Part shown: positions 9,453 through 18,087 of the stretch, piece after piece
Layout of the letters: every line of letters begins with the position of its first letter
How positions within the stretch are numbered: position 1 is the first letter of the stretch
IMG/VR virus record: IMGVR_UViG_3300029288_000065
Coordinates: 160,001-224,000 of that record
Source of the DNA: a virus
Lineage: Duplodnaviria; Caudoviricetes
Reading direction: 5' to 3' (one strand)
DNA: 64,000 bases
Notes under the pieces: model-generated
Told to the model about the DNA's origin: nothing
What the model saw: only the letters and a program-made list of their open reading frames with translations
The model's database searches: none
Position numbers and translations under genes: made by a program

Positions 9453-10109
9453 TTAGACTTTCGTGTAACCCTTCTTCACATATTCAGCTTCGACTTCTTC
9501 GGCGGTCTTCTTGCCGATGCGGGTCTTGCTTTCCTCGTGCCCTTCCTTATTCTGGAAGCGCACGTTGAACCGCTTGCCCTTCAGGGGATATTTCTCCCCG
9601 CCAGCGTTCTTCTTTCCGAGGCTGAGGGTTCCATCCGGGTACTTGTAGGTGTTCAGGACGTGATAGATGAGGGACTTCGAGTCGATCATCACGTGGCTCG
9701 TGAGTTCGAAGTCTTTGCAGTCGAAGGAAGATTTCTTCTGGAGGTGGACCAGACCTGCTCCACCGTTTTCCTTCATCCAGGCGTCCATGTCGAACGGAAT
9801 GGGTGCCTTTTTGACTTTGGGCTTCTTTTCCTTCTTTTCCGAAGGCTTTTCTGCCTTTTCCGCCACTGCCGGTGCCGTTGCCTGAGTAACCATGTCCTTC
9901 TCCTTTCCCTTGTCGGGAAATGCTTGGCCCGCTTGGCTCTTCGCCTCATTGGGCATCTCTGCTCTACTCTTGTGAATCAGTGCCGTGACTCCGTCCTTGT
10001 CCTTGATCTTGATCGCGTTCTTGTCAATCTCTTTAACTATTTCGTATTCATCATCAAGTGTTCCCTCTGGGCCTTTGAGCTTGATCCTGGTTCCCGCTAC
10101 GTATTCCAT
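9453..10109 (-). CDS. hypothetical protein, Lys/Glu-rich linker
   Basis: GC-rich ORF; start reassigned to MEYVAG. Confidence 0.7.
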   Translation of the reverse strand: MEYVAGTRIKLKGPEGTLDDEYEIVKEIDKNAIKIKDKDGVTALIHKSRAEMPNEAKSQAGQAFPDKGKEKDMVTQATAPAVAEKAEKPSEKKEKKPKVKKAPIPFDMDAWMKENGGAGLVHLQKKSSFDCKDFELTSHVMIDSKSLIYHVLNTYKYPDGTLSLGKKNAGGEKYPLKGKRFNVRFQNKEGHEESKTRIGKKTAEEVEAEYVKKGYTKV

Positions 10110-10204
10110 GATCGCCTCTTCTGCTGTCGCTGCGCGCACCAATAATTGCGCATTACGCTTGTATCAGCATGAAGTCATTTGTCAATGGGTCAGAATGTGA
10201 CTTC

Positions 10205-10498
10205 TCAGCGACGCGAATTACTCTTCCTAAGACGCGTAAGCCAGCGCTTGGGCCGATCCAAACACCTAACTTGGCTATGTATCTTCCTATAGGTATCGGC
10301 TTCATGCTTGTGGCTTTTTGGTATGAACTCAAGTCCAGATTGACCAGTAGTAACAGTATAACAATACCAATCAGTCGGTACAATACATTCACCATGCCTA
10401 TTCTTATATTGTGGATATTCAGGGGTATCAGAAATATCCCCACCAGTAATAACTTGGACAGAAGATGAAGACACATTATAAGCAGGATATATATTCAT
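10205..10498 (-). CDS. hypothetical protein
   Basis: GGAG RBS before MNIYP; upstream TTGACA at 10553-10558. Confidence 0.45.
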   Translation of the reverse strand: MNIYPAYNVSSSSVQVITGGDISDTPEYPQYKNRHGECIVPTDWYCYTVTTGQSGLEFIPKSHKHEADTYRKIHSQVRCLDRPKRWLTRLRKSNSRR

Positions 10499-10582
10499 GA
10501 GAAGCTCCAATACTTAAATACATTTCTCATTATTATTCCTCCTAATGGTTATTGTCAAAAATATCTAAAACAGGAGAGAACC

Positions 10583-10867
10583 ATGAAACTAGACGCTATA
10601 CAATCTGATCAAAGAAAAGTTGAAAATCTCATCAAAGAAAATGTCATAACCGAACAAGATGTCCAAGAAAAAGGTAATCTAAATACCGTAAAAAAACTAT
10701 CAGACTGGGTTGCAAAATATAACGAAGACATGAAAAAAGCCCTGGACCTGAACGATATTCGTAATGCCAGATTACACTTGGCAGAAGTTAAGTACGCTTG
10801 CTCACAAATGGAAGATCACTTGACGATGCTGGCGAAGGAGATGGGATTGCCAGACTTTGATTTCTAA
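10583..10867 (+). CDS. hypothetical protein, opposite-strand island
   Basis: AGGAG RBS, A-rich coding pattern, helical protein. Confidence 0.75.
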   Translation: MKLDAIQSDQRKVENLIKENVITEQDVQEKGNLNTVKKLSDWVAKYNEDMKKALDLNDIRNARLHLAEVKYACSQMEDHLTMLAKEMGLPDFDF

Positions 10868-10874
10868 GGATACC

Positions 10875-11258
10875 ATGGAACCCTCTCAAATAGCATCGTT
10901 GATCACCGAAGACATCCATGATAATAATGGACTTATACTCGAACATAAATGGAAAGATATTAAATATTTGTTGTCAAATTGGAGACAGATACCAGTATTG
11001 GCTGATAGATATGGGAGACCATTATATAATCCTGAACTTATAAATGATAATGATTTTATGACCAATATTGTAGAAATACTCAACAAAGATGAATATTATC
11101 ATGGTACATTTGGTCAAGAACAAAATCTACAACTACTTGCTGATCGTTTGGCAGATGCGAAGAAATATCATAAGCCAGGTCTGATGGGTGCTGGACATTC
11201 TCCAGGTCGTTTGGAACGAAGCGGTTATGAGAAACGTCATCCAGTAGAGCGTGTTTGA
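10875..11258 (+). CDS. hypothetical protein, opposite-strand island
   Basis: TAAGGA RBS, starts MEPSQIASLITED. Confidence 0.7.
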   Translation: MEPSQIASLITEDIHDNNGLILEHKWKDIKYLLSNWRQIPVLADRYGRPLYNPELINDNDFMTNIVEILNKDEYYHGTFGQEQNLQLLADRLADAKKYHKPGLMGAGHSPGRLERSGYEKRHPVERV

Positions 11259-11461
11259 ATTTCCAGAACCAATTCTTCTTCAGATTTAAATTCTCTAAGT
11301 TCTCCATTGAAGTAGAAGATTATATCTTCGCTTTCTGGATTTCCGTTTTGGTCTATTTTTATGATTGCTTCTTTACAGACGTTGTACTTTACATCTCTAA
11401 AGAGGATATTATATGTTCCACCGAGATCTTTGGCGCAGCATTGTTCCCAGGTGAATGTCAT
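11237..11461 (-). CDS. hypothetical protein
   Basis: AGGAGG RBS. Confidence 0.6.
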   Translation of the reverse strand: MTFTWEQCCAKDLGGTYNILFRDVKYNVCKEAIIKIDQNGNPESEDIIFYFNGELREFKSEEELVLEIQTRSTG

Positions 11462-11482
11462 TTTATCCTCCTTTCAAGACTT

Positions 11483-11824
11483 CTATGATGACACCGTTCT
11501 GTATGGATCTTCCATTATCATCTTATCAATTACTTCCGAAATATATCTTGGGTTACAATCTGGGTCTGAGAAATCTTTTTCAAAAATAATTTCTCCAGGT
11601 TCTAATACTGGTTGGATAGAAAATTTATCCCTCCTAATAGTAATCCCACTATCAGTTATACTAAGGGAACCAAGGACATAATGGTTTTGTCCATCTTTGA
11701 TAATGAATATATCATGGTTATTGAAATGATTATTCGTATTATGAAACCAGATATATCCTTCCGTAAGTCTGATATGGTCCATAAAATCTCTAAGGATTAC
11801 TCTGGACATTTCCATCTTTTTCAC
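11483..11824 (-). CDS. DP-motif family protein
   Basis: EKDFSDPDCNP. Confidence 0.65.
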   Translation of the reverse strand: MKKMEMSRVILRDFMDHIRLTEGYIWFHNTNNHFNNHDIFIIKDGQNHYVLGSLSITDSGITIRRDKFSIQPVLEPGEIIFEKDFSDPDCNPRYISEVIDKMIMEDPYRTVSS

Positions 11825-12206
11825 CCTCCGACTTAAATTGCTCTAGAATAATATCGATAGATTTGGGGTCATTGAGATTGGTTAATGGCAATTCTTTGGA
11901 CCATCCAGATGGCATTGTGTGACTTTCAATCCATTTTTGGTAAGAAACTTCTCCATTTATATGGACGACTACAATTATATCATAATAACAGATATTAAAT
12001 CCTATTGCTGGCCCAAGAGTTATACCACCTGGTCTTTCATATTCAACGTTTAAGAAGACTTCTCGCGTATTAACTTTTTCTATTACTTGTGTTACTAATT
12101 TTACTGCTAATGATGCTATTTCTTCTCCAAAAGATTTTCTGATCTCTACGTAACGGAGTTGGTTTCTTTTAAGCATATTTGGTCTTGCTGGTGATTTGTT
12201 CCACAT
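11790..12206 (-). CDS. DP-motif family protein
   Basis: TNLNDPKSIDII; GGAGG RBS. Confidence 0.65.
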   Translation of the reverse strand: MWNKSPARPNMLKRNQLRYVEIRKSFGEEIASLAVKLVTQVIEKVNTREVFLNVEYERPGGITLGPAIGFNICYYDIIVVVHINGEVSYQKWIESHTMPSGWSKELPLTNLNDPKSIDIILEQFKSEGEKDGNVQSNP

Positions 12207-12235
12207 GATGTATTCCTCCGAAAGCTTTTAGTATA

Positions 12236-12379
12236 ATTTGGGCTGGTGGGTGCCGCTTCCTTGTCCCGAGATGACTAGTATCGCAGGTCATTCCCGACTC
12301 AATGAGTTAGGTAGCCCACGCAATCGCCTTTCGGCTCTCATGGTGCGGGACGAGTTTGAAGAGGTCCACCAGCCCAAAT
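12236..12379. ncRNA. putative structured RNA element B
   Basis: perfect 14-bp inverted repeat ATTTGGGCTGGTGG/CCACCAGCCCAAAT, extended stem, three inner hairpins including GCC-GAAA-GGC on the minus strand. Confidence 0.6.
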
Positions 12380-12949
12380 GAGTATGTTCTTATCTTTGTG
12401 CCCTGTCTTATCAATCGCATAAATCGAAGCCAACTTCCAAAGTGGTTTCCTTTGTTTTAATATTCCCTTTATTTCTAGAGCAAACTCTGGATCTTTCATT
12501 TTCTCAATATTATTTTCATATCTACCAATATATAATGACTTTAATTCGTCATTTTCATTATAAGCCCATGCCTTAACTTTTAAGCCAGAATGACTGATTT
12601 CTTCTGATTTTAACGGTACGTATATTGGTGCTGCTTTTCGTTTGTTTAGGTGACGGTCCAGACAAATCTCAACTGTGACAATCATAGCATTCCAGACAAC
12701 AAATGTGAATAGTCCCGATCTGAAAAAGATTGTATCATTCCCATATCTTTTTAATCGGACTTTGTCTTTCGCAGTTAAATTGATAACTTTGTCAGCTTGA
12801 TGGAAGCGTTTACAGAATTCTTCAAGCATATTGGTTTTCTTCCCGTTGGGGAATAACCTTGCCCAACGAGAAGAAAACCGCCACATTGCATGGTCTGTAA
12901 TTCCAAGTGTAATTATTTTCCCTTTTTTGTTCTTGTAACTCGGAAGCAT
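12338..12949 (-). CDS. hypothetical protein, possible DUF4258/RelE-like nuclease domain
   Basis: ITDHAMWRF motif. Confidence 0.45.
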   Translation of the reverse strand: MLPSYKNKKGKIITLGITDHAMWRFSSRWARLFPNGKKTNMLEEFCKRFHQADKVINLTAKDKVRLKRYGNDTIFFRSGLFTFVVWNAMIVTVEICLDRHLNKRKAAPIYVPLKSEEISHSGLKVKAWAYNENDELKSLYIGRYENNIEKMKDPEFALEIKGILKQRKPLWKLASIYAIDKTGHKDKNILIWAGGPLQTRPAP

Positions 12950-13053
12950 AATTACCTATCCAGGAGGTAGCGCTCCACCAACCATCCTTCCTTACCTTTT
13001 TGTGGACCGGTTTGGACACGGACGTAGTAATCACGCCACACATCATTACTGTA

Positions 13054-15018
13054 TCAGCAGCGGATTGCGCGAAGAATCTTCATCTTCGCATTGTGGAGAA
13101 CCTGCCTAACATGCTTTAGATTAACGTCTCTTGCGGCTGCAACAGTCAAGACCCCAGGAATGGTCTTTTCCTTGGTACCGGTATCATCCTTCTCCTTAAT
13201 AGGAGACTTGAATACCAGAGGATACTGGTGAGCAATTTCCTCTACTTCCTTGATTTTCTGATGATCAAGGCCATAAGCCTGAGCGAACACCAGATTCTCT
13301 TCCAGAGTCAAACCAGCAAACTTCCTGGCCGTCTGGACCAGAGGGTAAAACTTCGGATCTTCCTCCAACTCCTCGAAAGAGAGATCCTGGAGCTTCTTGT
13401 CGCCAGCTTCCTGGAACTGGGCAATCCTCTGACGAGAAACGGTCCTGTTCTTGTTGGTATCATTGGTCAACTTGCCGAAGTTATTGGCTATCTCAGAACC
13501 AGCCAATTTCTCCTTCCCGTTGATCCCATAGATGTGCTCCAACACCACACGCTGCTTGTCAGAAAGGACTACTTGGGAAGTAAGCCTGCTTACCAGTTCT
13601 ACCATCTCATTCTGGCTAGCAATCTCATCCGGCTGAGCGAACGGAATACCAGTCTGGAATCCACCATCAGTCCTCTTGGCGAGCAAGTCAGCCTTCTGAG
13701 AATAGCTGACCGTACCAGTCAGGACTCCACCCTCTTCAGGATCTTCTGCCCCATCCAGACTCACAGGATTCCCATGGAAATCAGGATTAGTGGCGAAAAG
13801 CTGAACCAGGTCAGCCACGCATTGGACACGGTCAGAACTACTGGCATTTAGTGATACCTTCCTGGACCCAGGAGTATTGTTGAACTTCAAGTTTAGATAA
13901 TCAACCAGGTAATCCAGAACATCGCCATCCAGGTTTCTGAGGTTAAACTTCCCAGAAACTACCCAAATGTAGACGTTCTTCTGACCAAGTTTCTGGATCA
14001 GTCGGTATTGCCAGTTGGGAGGAGTACCGATTCCCAGACCATCAGTCCCGTTGATAATTTCATAGGACTTGTCAGACTTTGACAGTTCAAGATATGAATT
14101 GAAACCCTGGTCCTTAGCAATTTCGTCCAGTTCTCTGGACCCGATAGGCCCCAGGAAGTTCTCTTCCCAATAAATTATCTCGTCGAGATATTCATATACT
14201 TTGTCCTTTATTTCTTGGATCTTTGTCTCGGATTTTACATCTTCGAAGGATTCATATTTTAGCGTCTGGGCATGCCTGTCCATTTCATGTTGCTTGACTT
14301 TTCCAGTCAGATAGATGGTGATTGCTTGTAGAACTTCGGTCACGGACGGGCGTTTTTCAGGAGTTTTTACGATTCCTGATTGGGCTGACGGGCGGCGTGT
14401 ACTGGTTCTGATTCTGCTGTAGCCGTGCTTGGCGAATGGTGCCATTCCTGCATCGGTCTTGATTGCGAACATCAGGCCTATTGCGCCGTTCTGTTTGCAT
14501 TCGTCCACGTCGCAGCGCTTGGAGTAGTAGCGTTTGGCGTTTTCTCCAATATAATTGCTCATTGCCTCTACGAGTTCGTCTTGTGTCCAGTTGTAGAGGA
14601 GTGGATGTTTGATCTTGTTGAGGGAGTCGAAGGTCTTGGGGAGCTTGCAGAATTCTTCGTATTCTTCCTTGGTCGGGAGGCCTTGGTAGCGGGTAATCTC
14701 GACTCCGTTCACTTTGACTTTTAGGATTTGTGTAATCTTCTTTAGAGTCTTGACTGAGCGTTGGACGTTGAAGAAGATTTGGATTTTTTCTTCCGGGACG
14801 CCGATGGAGAGCAGGTGGTCGCGGATGACTTTTTCGAGTTCTTGGTTTTTGCTGTTGTCTTCTTTCTTTTGTTTCTTGATGCTTTTCTTGTCATAGACGA
14901 TTTCGGCGCGGATGAATTGTTCTGCTTCTTTGTTTCCGATATTAGCCGTCAGGTTCTGACGGATTTCCTCTAGCAGAAGGGCATGATCAGAGACGATGAG
15001 GGGTGGTTCTTTGGACAT
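13054..15018 (-). CDS. divergent sigma70-family RNA polymerase sigma factor
   Basis: region 2-like DVDECKQNGAIGLMFAI...FAKHGYSRIR; region 4-like LSDKQRVVLEHIYGING...EIA...VSRQRIAQ; second region-4-like copy at the C-terminus; AAGGAG RBS. Confidence 0.75.
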   Translation of the reverse strand: MSKEPPLIVSDHALLLEEIRQNLTANIGNKEAEQFIRAEIVYDKKSIKKQKKEDNSKNQELEKVIRDHLLSIGVPEEKIQIFFNVQRSVKTLKKITQILKVKVNGVEITRYQGLPTKEEYEEFCKLPKTFDSLNKIKHPLLYNWTQDELVEAMSNYIGENAKRYYSKRCDVDECKQNGAIGLMFAIKTDAGMAPFAKHGYSRIRTSTRRPSAQSGIVKTPEKRPSVTEVLQAITIYLTGKVKQHEMDRHAQTLKYESFEDVKSETKIQEIKDKVYEYLDEIIYWEENFLGPIGSRELDEIAKDQGFNSYLELSKSDKSYEIINGTDGLGIGTPPNWQYRLIQKLGQKNVYIWVVSGKFNLRNLDGDVLDYLVDYLNLKFNNTPGSRKVSLNASSSDRVQCVADLVQLFATNPDFHGNPVSLDGAEDPEEGGVLTGTVSYSQKADLLAKRTDGGFQTGIPFAQPDEIASQNEMVELVSRLTSQVVLSDKQRVVLEHIYGINGKEKLAGSEIANNFGKLTNDTNKNRTVSRQRIAQFQEAGDKKLQDLSFEELEEDPKFYPLVQTARKFAGLTLEENLVFAQAYGLDHQKIKEVEEIAHQYPLVFKSPIKEKDDTGTKEKTIPGVLTVAAARDVNLKHVRQVLHNAKMKILRAIRC

Positions 15019-15062
15019 GTTCGGCTCCTTTCGTCGCACGAACGGCACGAGATGACACGAGA

Positions 15063-15091
15063 ATTTTACCACATTTGGTGGTTTTTGTCAA
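15063..15091 (-). promoter_or_regulatory. sigma70-type promoter of the phage sigma gene
   Basis: TTGACA-17 bp-TAAAAT with extended -10 TG. Confidence 0.8.
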
Positions 15092-15118
15092 GTATCGAGT
15101 TTGTGCGAATACCAAGAG

Positions 15119-15805
15119 TTATTTTTGATTATAACTTACATTTAACTCTGATAACAGTGTTTCCCAGTTCGAACTGAAATATTTAATCAAAGTCAACAAG
15201 TGGTCAAGAGTTTTTCCTTTCGGATCTGCTAAGTCCGTTGGGATTATATGATCTGGATTACGGTGATTCTGTAACCTAAAGACGACATTCCCATCAACAA
15301 TCAGGATGAAGAAAGGCATAATAGTTGGACTTACGATAAGGTAAGGAACTTCTGAGTTATTATAATCCCGATAAGTGTATCGAGATACTTTGTAACCTTG
15401 TTCTTTCAAGAAGAATTTGATTACATTTAGGGTATCTGGGTTTTCCTTTAGTTGTTTCTTCTTTAGGATTTGTTTTCGGTCATCTTCGATATGTTCTATA
15501 ATCTTGTCACATAATCCGATATGTCCGTTGGTGTAGATTCTATCATGCCAGATATCTCTAAACCGTGCTGTTTGGATAGCCATATATAAGTTTGTTTCCG
15601 TTTCCGTAAAGATCACGAAATACTTCTCATTCTTATACTTTATAGTGAAGATATACTTGGTTTCAGTCCAAGTAGCACCTGGATATTTTGGTTCAGTAAT
15701 TACTCTAAAATCAGTAGTTTGAAACGATTTGCTGTCGTCCAGCCAAGTTTTAAATTCCTGCAATTTTCTCAGCTGTTCAGGATCTTCTTTTATGACGCCA
15801 CCCAT
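15119..15805 (-). CDS. DP-motif family protein (two-domain)
   Basis: PTDLADPKG; AGGAG RBS before MGGVIK. Confidence 0.6.
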   Translation of the reverse strand: MGGVIKEDPEQLRKLQEFKTWLDDSKSFQTTDFRVITEPKYPGATWTETKYIFTIKYKNEKYFVIFTETETNLYMAIQTARFRDIWHDRIYTNGHIGLCDKIIEHIEDDRKQILKKKQLKENPDTLNVIKFFLKEQGYKVSRYTYRDYNNSEVPYLIVSPTIMPFFILIVDGNVVFRLQNHRNPDHIIPTDLADPKGKTLDHLLTLIKYFSSNWETLLSELNVSYNQK

Positions 15806-15999
15806 TCTCTGATCTCCTGTATGCTTTTCTTTGAACCCATGACAGTAAATCTCCAAACACCATTCCCAAGGTGCGTCGGATTTAATACCTTCACTCTGTA
15901 CCTGGGCCATCCCTGCACATCCATGATATTATCCTGTATTTCTCGTTTTCTGTTTTCAGTGTCGAATGTCCATTTCTGTTTCCAGGAGATTCTTTTCAT
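15790..15999 (-). CDS. hypothetical protein
   Basis: AGGAG RBS, ATGA overlap. Confidence 0.55.
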   Translation of the reverse strand: MKRISWKQKWTFDTENRKREIQDNIMDVQGWPRYRVKVLNPTHLGNGVWRFTVMGSKKSIQEIREWVAS

Positions 16000-16496
16000 G
16001 GTGCTTCTCCTATCGCGAACATCTTCAAGAGTTTTCTGTTTTCTTCTGGAGATGGAGAATTCTTCCCAGCTTCATGAAGTGCTGTCCAAACTTGAGCATA
16101 AATTCCATTGCTCTTCCAAGCTTCCAGGATTGACATCAAACCATCAATTGAAATCTCATTGGCTGATTCAGCGGTCATTTGGGCATCAAAGAAAGCGCAT
16201 CCGAATGGTGCGTTTTTGTGAATCTTGCAACTCATATCATCACAGAAGAATCTACAACTCCCCTTTGCGTTTCTGGCAGGGACAAGAGTTGGTATCTTTA
16301 CAATTTCTCCATCCATTACTACTGTTGCTCCTGGACTAGCCAGTAGATTTTCCATCGCCCATTCCATAATCGGCTTCTTCCCGGCCATTCTCGGAAGATC
16401 ATTGGGAATAAGGTAGCCTGGGATGAAGACGCAATTCAGGATGTCATTCGTACTCGCGCTGCTTGTTCTAGTGTATCCGAATTCAGTCCTGGCCAT
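15996..16496 (-). CDS. YkgJ/UPF0153-like Cys-cluster protein
   Basis: GSCRFF...CKIH..AP.GC..F. Confidence 0.55.
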   Translation of the reverse strand: MARTEFGYTRTSSASTNDILNCVFIPGYLIPNDLPRMAGKKPIMEWAMENLLASPGATVVMDGEIVKIPTLVPARNAKGSCRFFCDDMSCKIHKNAPFGCAFFDAQMTAESANEISIDGLMSILEAWKSNGIYAQVWTALHEAGKNSPSPEENRKLLKMFAIGEAP

Positions 16497-16771
16497 GTTA
16501 CCCCCAATTCTTTGAGTCTGTCGTAGTTGACTTTATAAAATCCAGGTATATTACTCTCAAATGTATGCAATATTCTGGATTTCAACCACACTAATATAAT
16601 GTTGTCGACATCTTGATCCAATTCTTCAAAATCATCATAATGGGATTTATATTTAAAAACCCAATAATTTTCAAATGATGTTTGGGTGAACCAAGTGCTG
16701 AAAGCGATATATTCCCAATATTCTTCAAAGATCTTGAGTAAATCACAGTTTGGATCGTGTATGTCTACCAT
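16436..16771 (-). CDS. DP-motif / winged-helix-like protein
   Basis: MVDIHDPNCDLLKIF...VWLKSRIL. Confidence 0.6.
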   Translation of the reverse strand: MVDIHDPNCDLLKIFEEYWEYIAFSTWFTQTSFENYWVFKYKSHYDDFEELDQDVDNIILVWLKSRILHTFESNIPGFYKVNYDRLKELGVTWPGLNSDTLEQAARVRMTS

Positions 16772-17121
16772 CGGCCTAACCTCGTTAGAAATTTCTTGTG
16801 GCTCATAATGTCTTTTGTAATATATCTCTTCATATTCTTAATTGAATTGGGATCTGAGAGTGGAAATAGATATGACCTATTTCCACACCATAATTTAAAA
16901 TTATCATCTTGGAAACATATATCCCAGTAGATTTCAGTATTACTCTTACAAAATCCTATCGATAATGTTGTTGGTCTTTGCATGAATGATAATTTATCGA
17001 CAAAAAAGAGCTTTGACTCAACTTCCCAGAATTTAAATTTCTTTTGACGATAATGTTTTTCCATGTCCTTCCTCAATTCATCCAATATCTTGTCTTCTGT
17101 TTTCATTTGATCGTACCACAT
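16765..17121 (-). CDS. DP-motif family protein
   Basis: FPLSDPNSI. Confidence 0.6.
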   Translation of the reverse strand: MWYDQMKTEDKILDELRKDMEKHYRQKKFKFWEVESKLFFVDKLSFMQRPTTLSIGFCKSNTEIYWDICFQDDNFKLWCGNRSYLFPLSDPNSIKNMKRYITKDIMSHKKFLTRLGRW

Positions 17122-17642
17122 TTCCCAAGGAATTGTTGGACACTTGTGTTCAACTCTTTAAAGAATTTCTCATGTTCAGTCTTTTTCTGGTATGCCAGAT
17201 CAATAAGTCCAACTATCTTCTCTGGATCGAAGCATGGGTCTGATATAAGACATGTGTCTATATTCCAGTCGATTGATCCTTCGTCATCAGTGAAGATATT
17301 AATCTCTATATTAATAATATTATCATCATTTGGGTTTAAAAAGATGCGCATATCACTATCTCCATTATCTTTATGCCCAATATCTATGGAATAATTATTC
17401 CAATCTACATCATATTTAATTTTACGATTCTTGCAAATCATAACTATCTTAGAAAGAATCAGTTTCTTTACATCAGAATATTTAACAGCTTTATTTATGT
17501 GTAGTTGTTCATATTTCTTGTTCAACTCATCATTGTGTTTTAAAAGGGCTTCTGCAAGTTCTTTCATAGCTGTTGGTGAATATGGAATAGCAACATGTAC
17601 TCTCTTATTGTAACATAATTTTAAATCTACTGGTTTTCCCAA
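17103..17642 (-). CDS. DP-motif family protein
   Basis: CLISDPCFDPEKI. Confidence 0.6.
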   Translation of the reverse strand: MGKPVDLKLCYNKRVHVAIPYSPTAMKELAEALLKHNDELNKKYEQLHINKAVKYSDVKKLILSKIVMICKNRKIKYDVDWNNYSIDIGHKDNGDSDMRIFLNPNDDNIINIEINIFTDDEGSIDWNIDTCLISDPCFDPEKIVGLIDLAYQKKTEHEKFFKELNTSVQQFLGKCGTIK

Positions 17643-17866
17643 TTATCGCAATTAATATTCCACCTCCGACTATTTATAATAATTCTAATTGTATGATATC
17701 CGTTATGGGTCTCAGTACCATAATTTGCTTTAAAGGCGGGTTTACTTTCGTCGTCGATCCAATAACATAGCCTATCAAAAGCTATATCCCCAAAATTCCC
17801 CAATTCTTTTGAAATTCGCAGCGATATTTCTCTTGCTCTACGCCCATCAGCATCTATTGTCTCCAT
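17627..17866 (-). CDS. hypothetical protein
   Basis: RBS, tiling. Confidence 0.55.
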   Translation of the reverse strand: METIDADGRRAREISLRISKELGNFGDIAFDRLCYWIDDESKPAFKANYGTETHNGYHTIRIIINSRRWNINCDNWENQ

Positions 17867-17877
17867 CCCTTTCTCTC

Positions 17878-18078
17878 CTAATCACACCATGGACCAAAAT
17901 GTTGTATCTTTTTGTCTTTATGGAGTTTGTGTAGAGATTCACTTAATGCATCCCAGAGTTGACGTTTTAGTTTTCTTGCCCCTGTCGTCGTTTCAATTTC
18001 AACCGAGAAGTCTTCAAAAATATTATCATCTTTTTCTGAGGACACAGTAACGTTGACGGTAAAATTTTTCTTTTTCAT
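17878..18078 (-). CDS. hypothetical protein
   Basis: AGGAG RBS. Confidence 0.55.
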   Translation of the reverse strand: MKKKNFTVNVTVSSEKDDNIFEDFSVEIETTTGARKLKRQLWDALSESLHKLHKDKKIQHFGPWCD

Positions 18079-18087
18079 TTTATTCTC

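Noticed and set aside
10495-10530. 11-codon ORF behind AGGAGG as a leader peptide or frameshift
   Set aside because: It is equally explained by a promoter spacer plus the downstream gene's own GGAG RBS; the sequence alone cannot decide.
13700-14340. Intein within the sigma factor insertion
   Set aside because: There is no N-terminal C/S block A, no LAGLIDADG motifs and no HN-C/S/T terminus.
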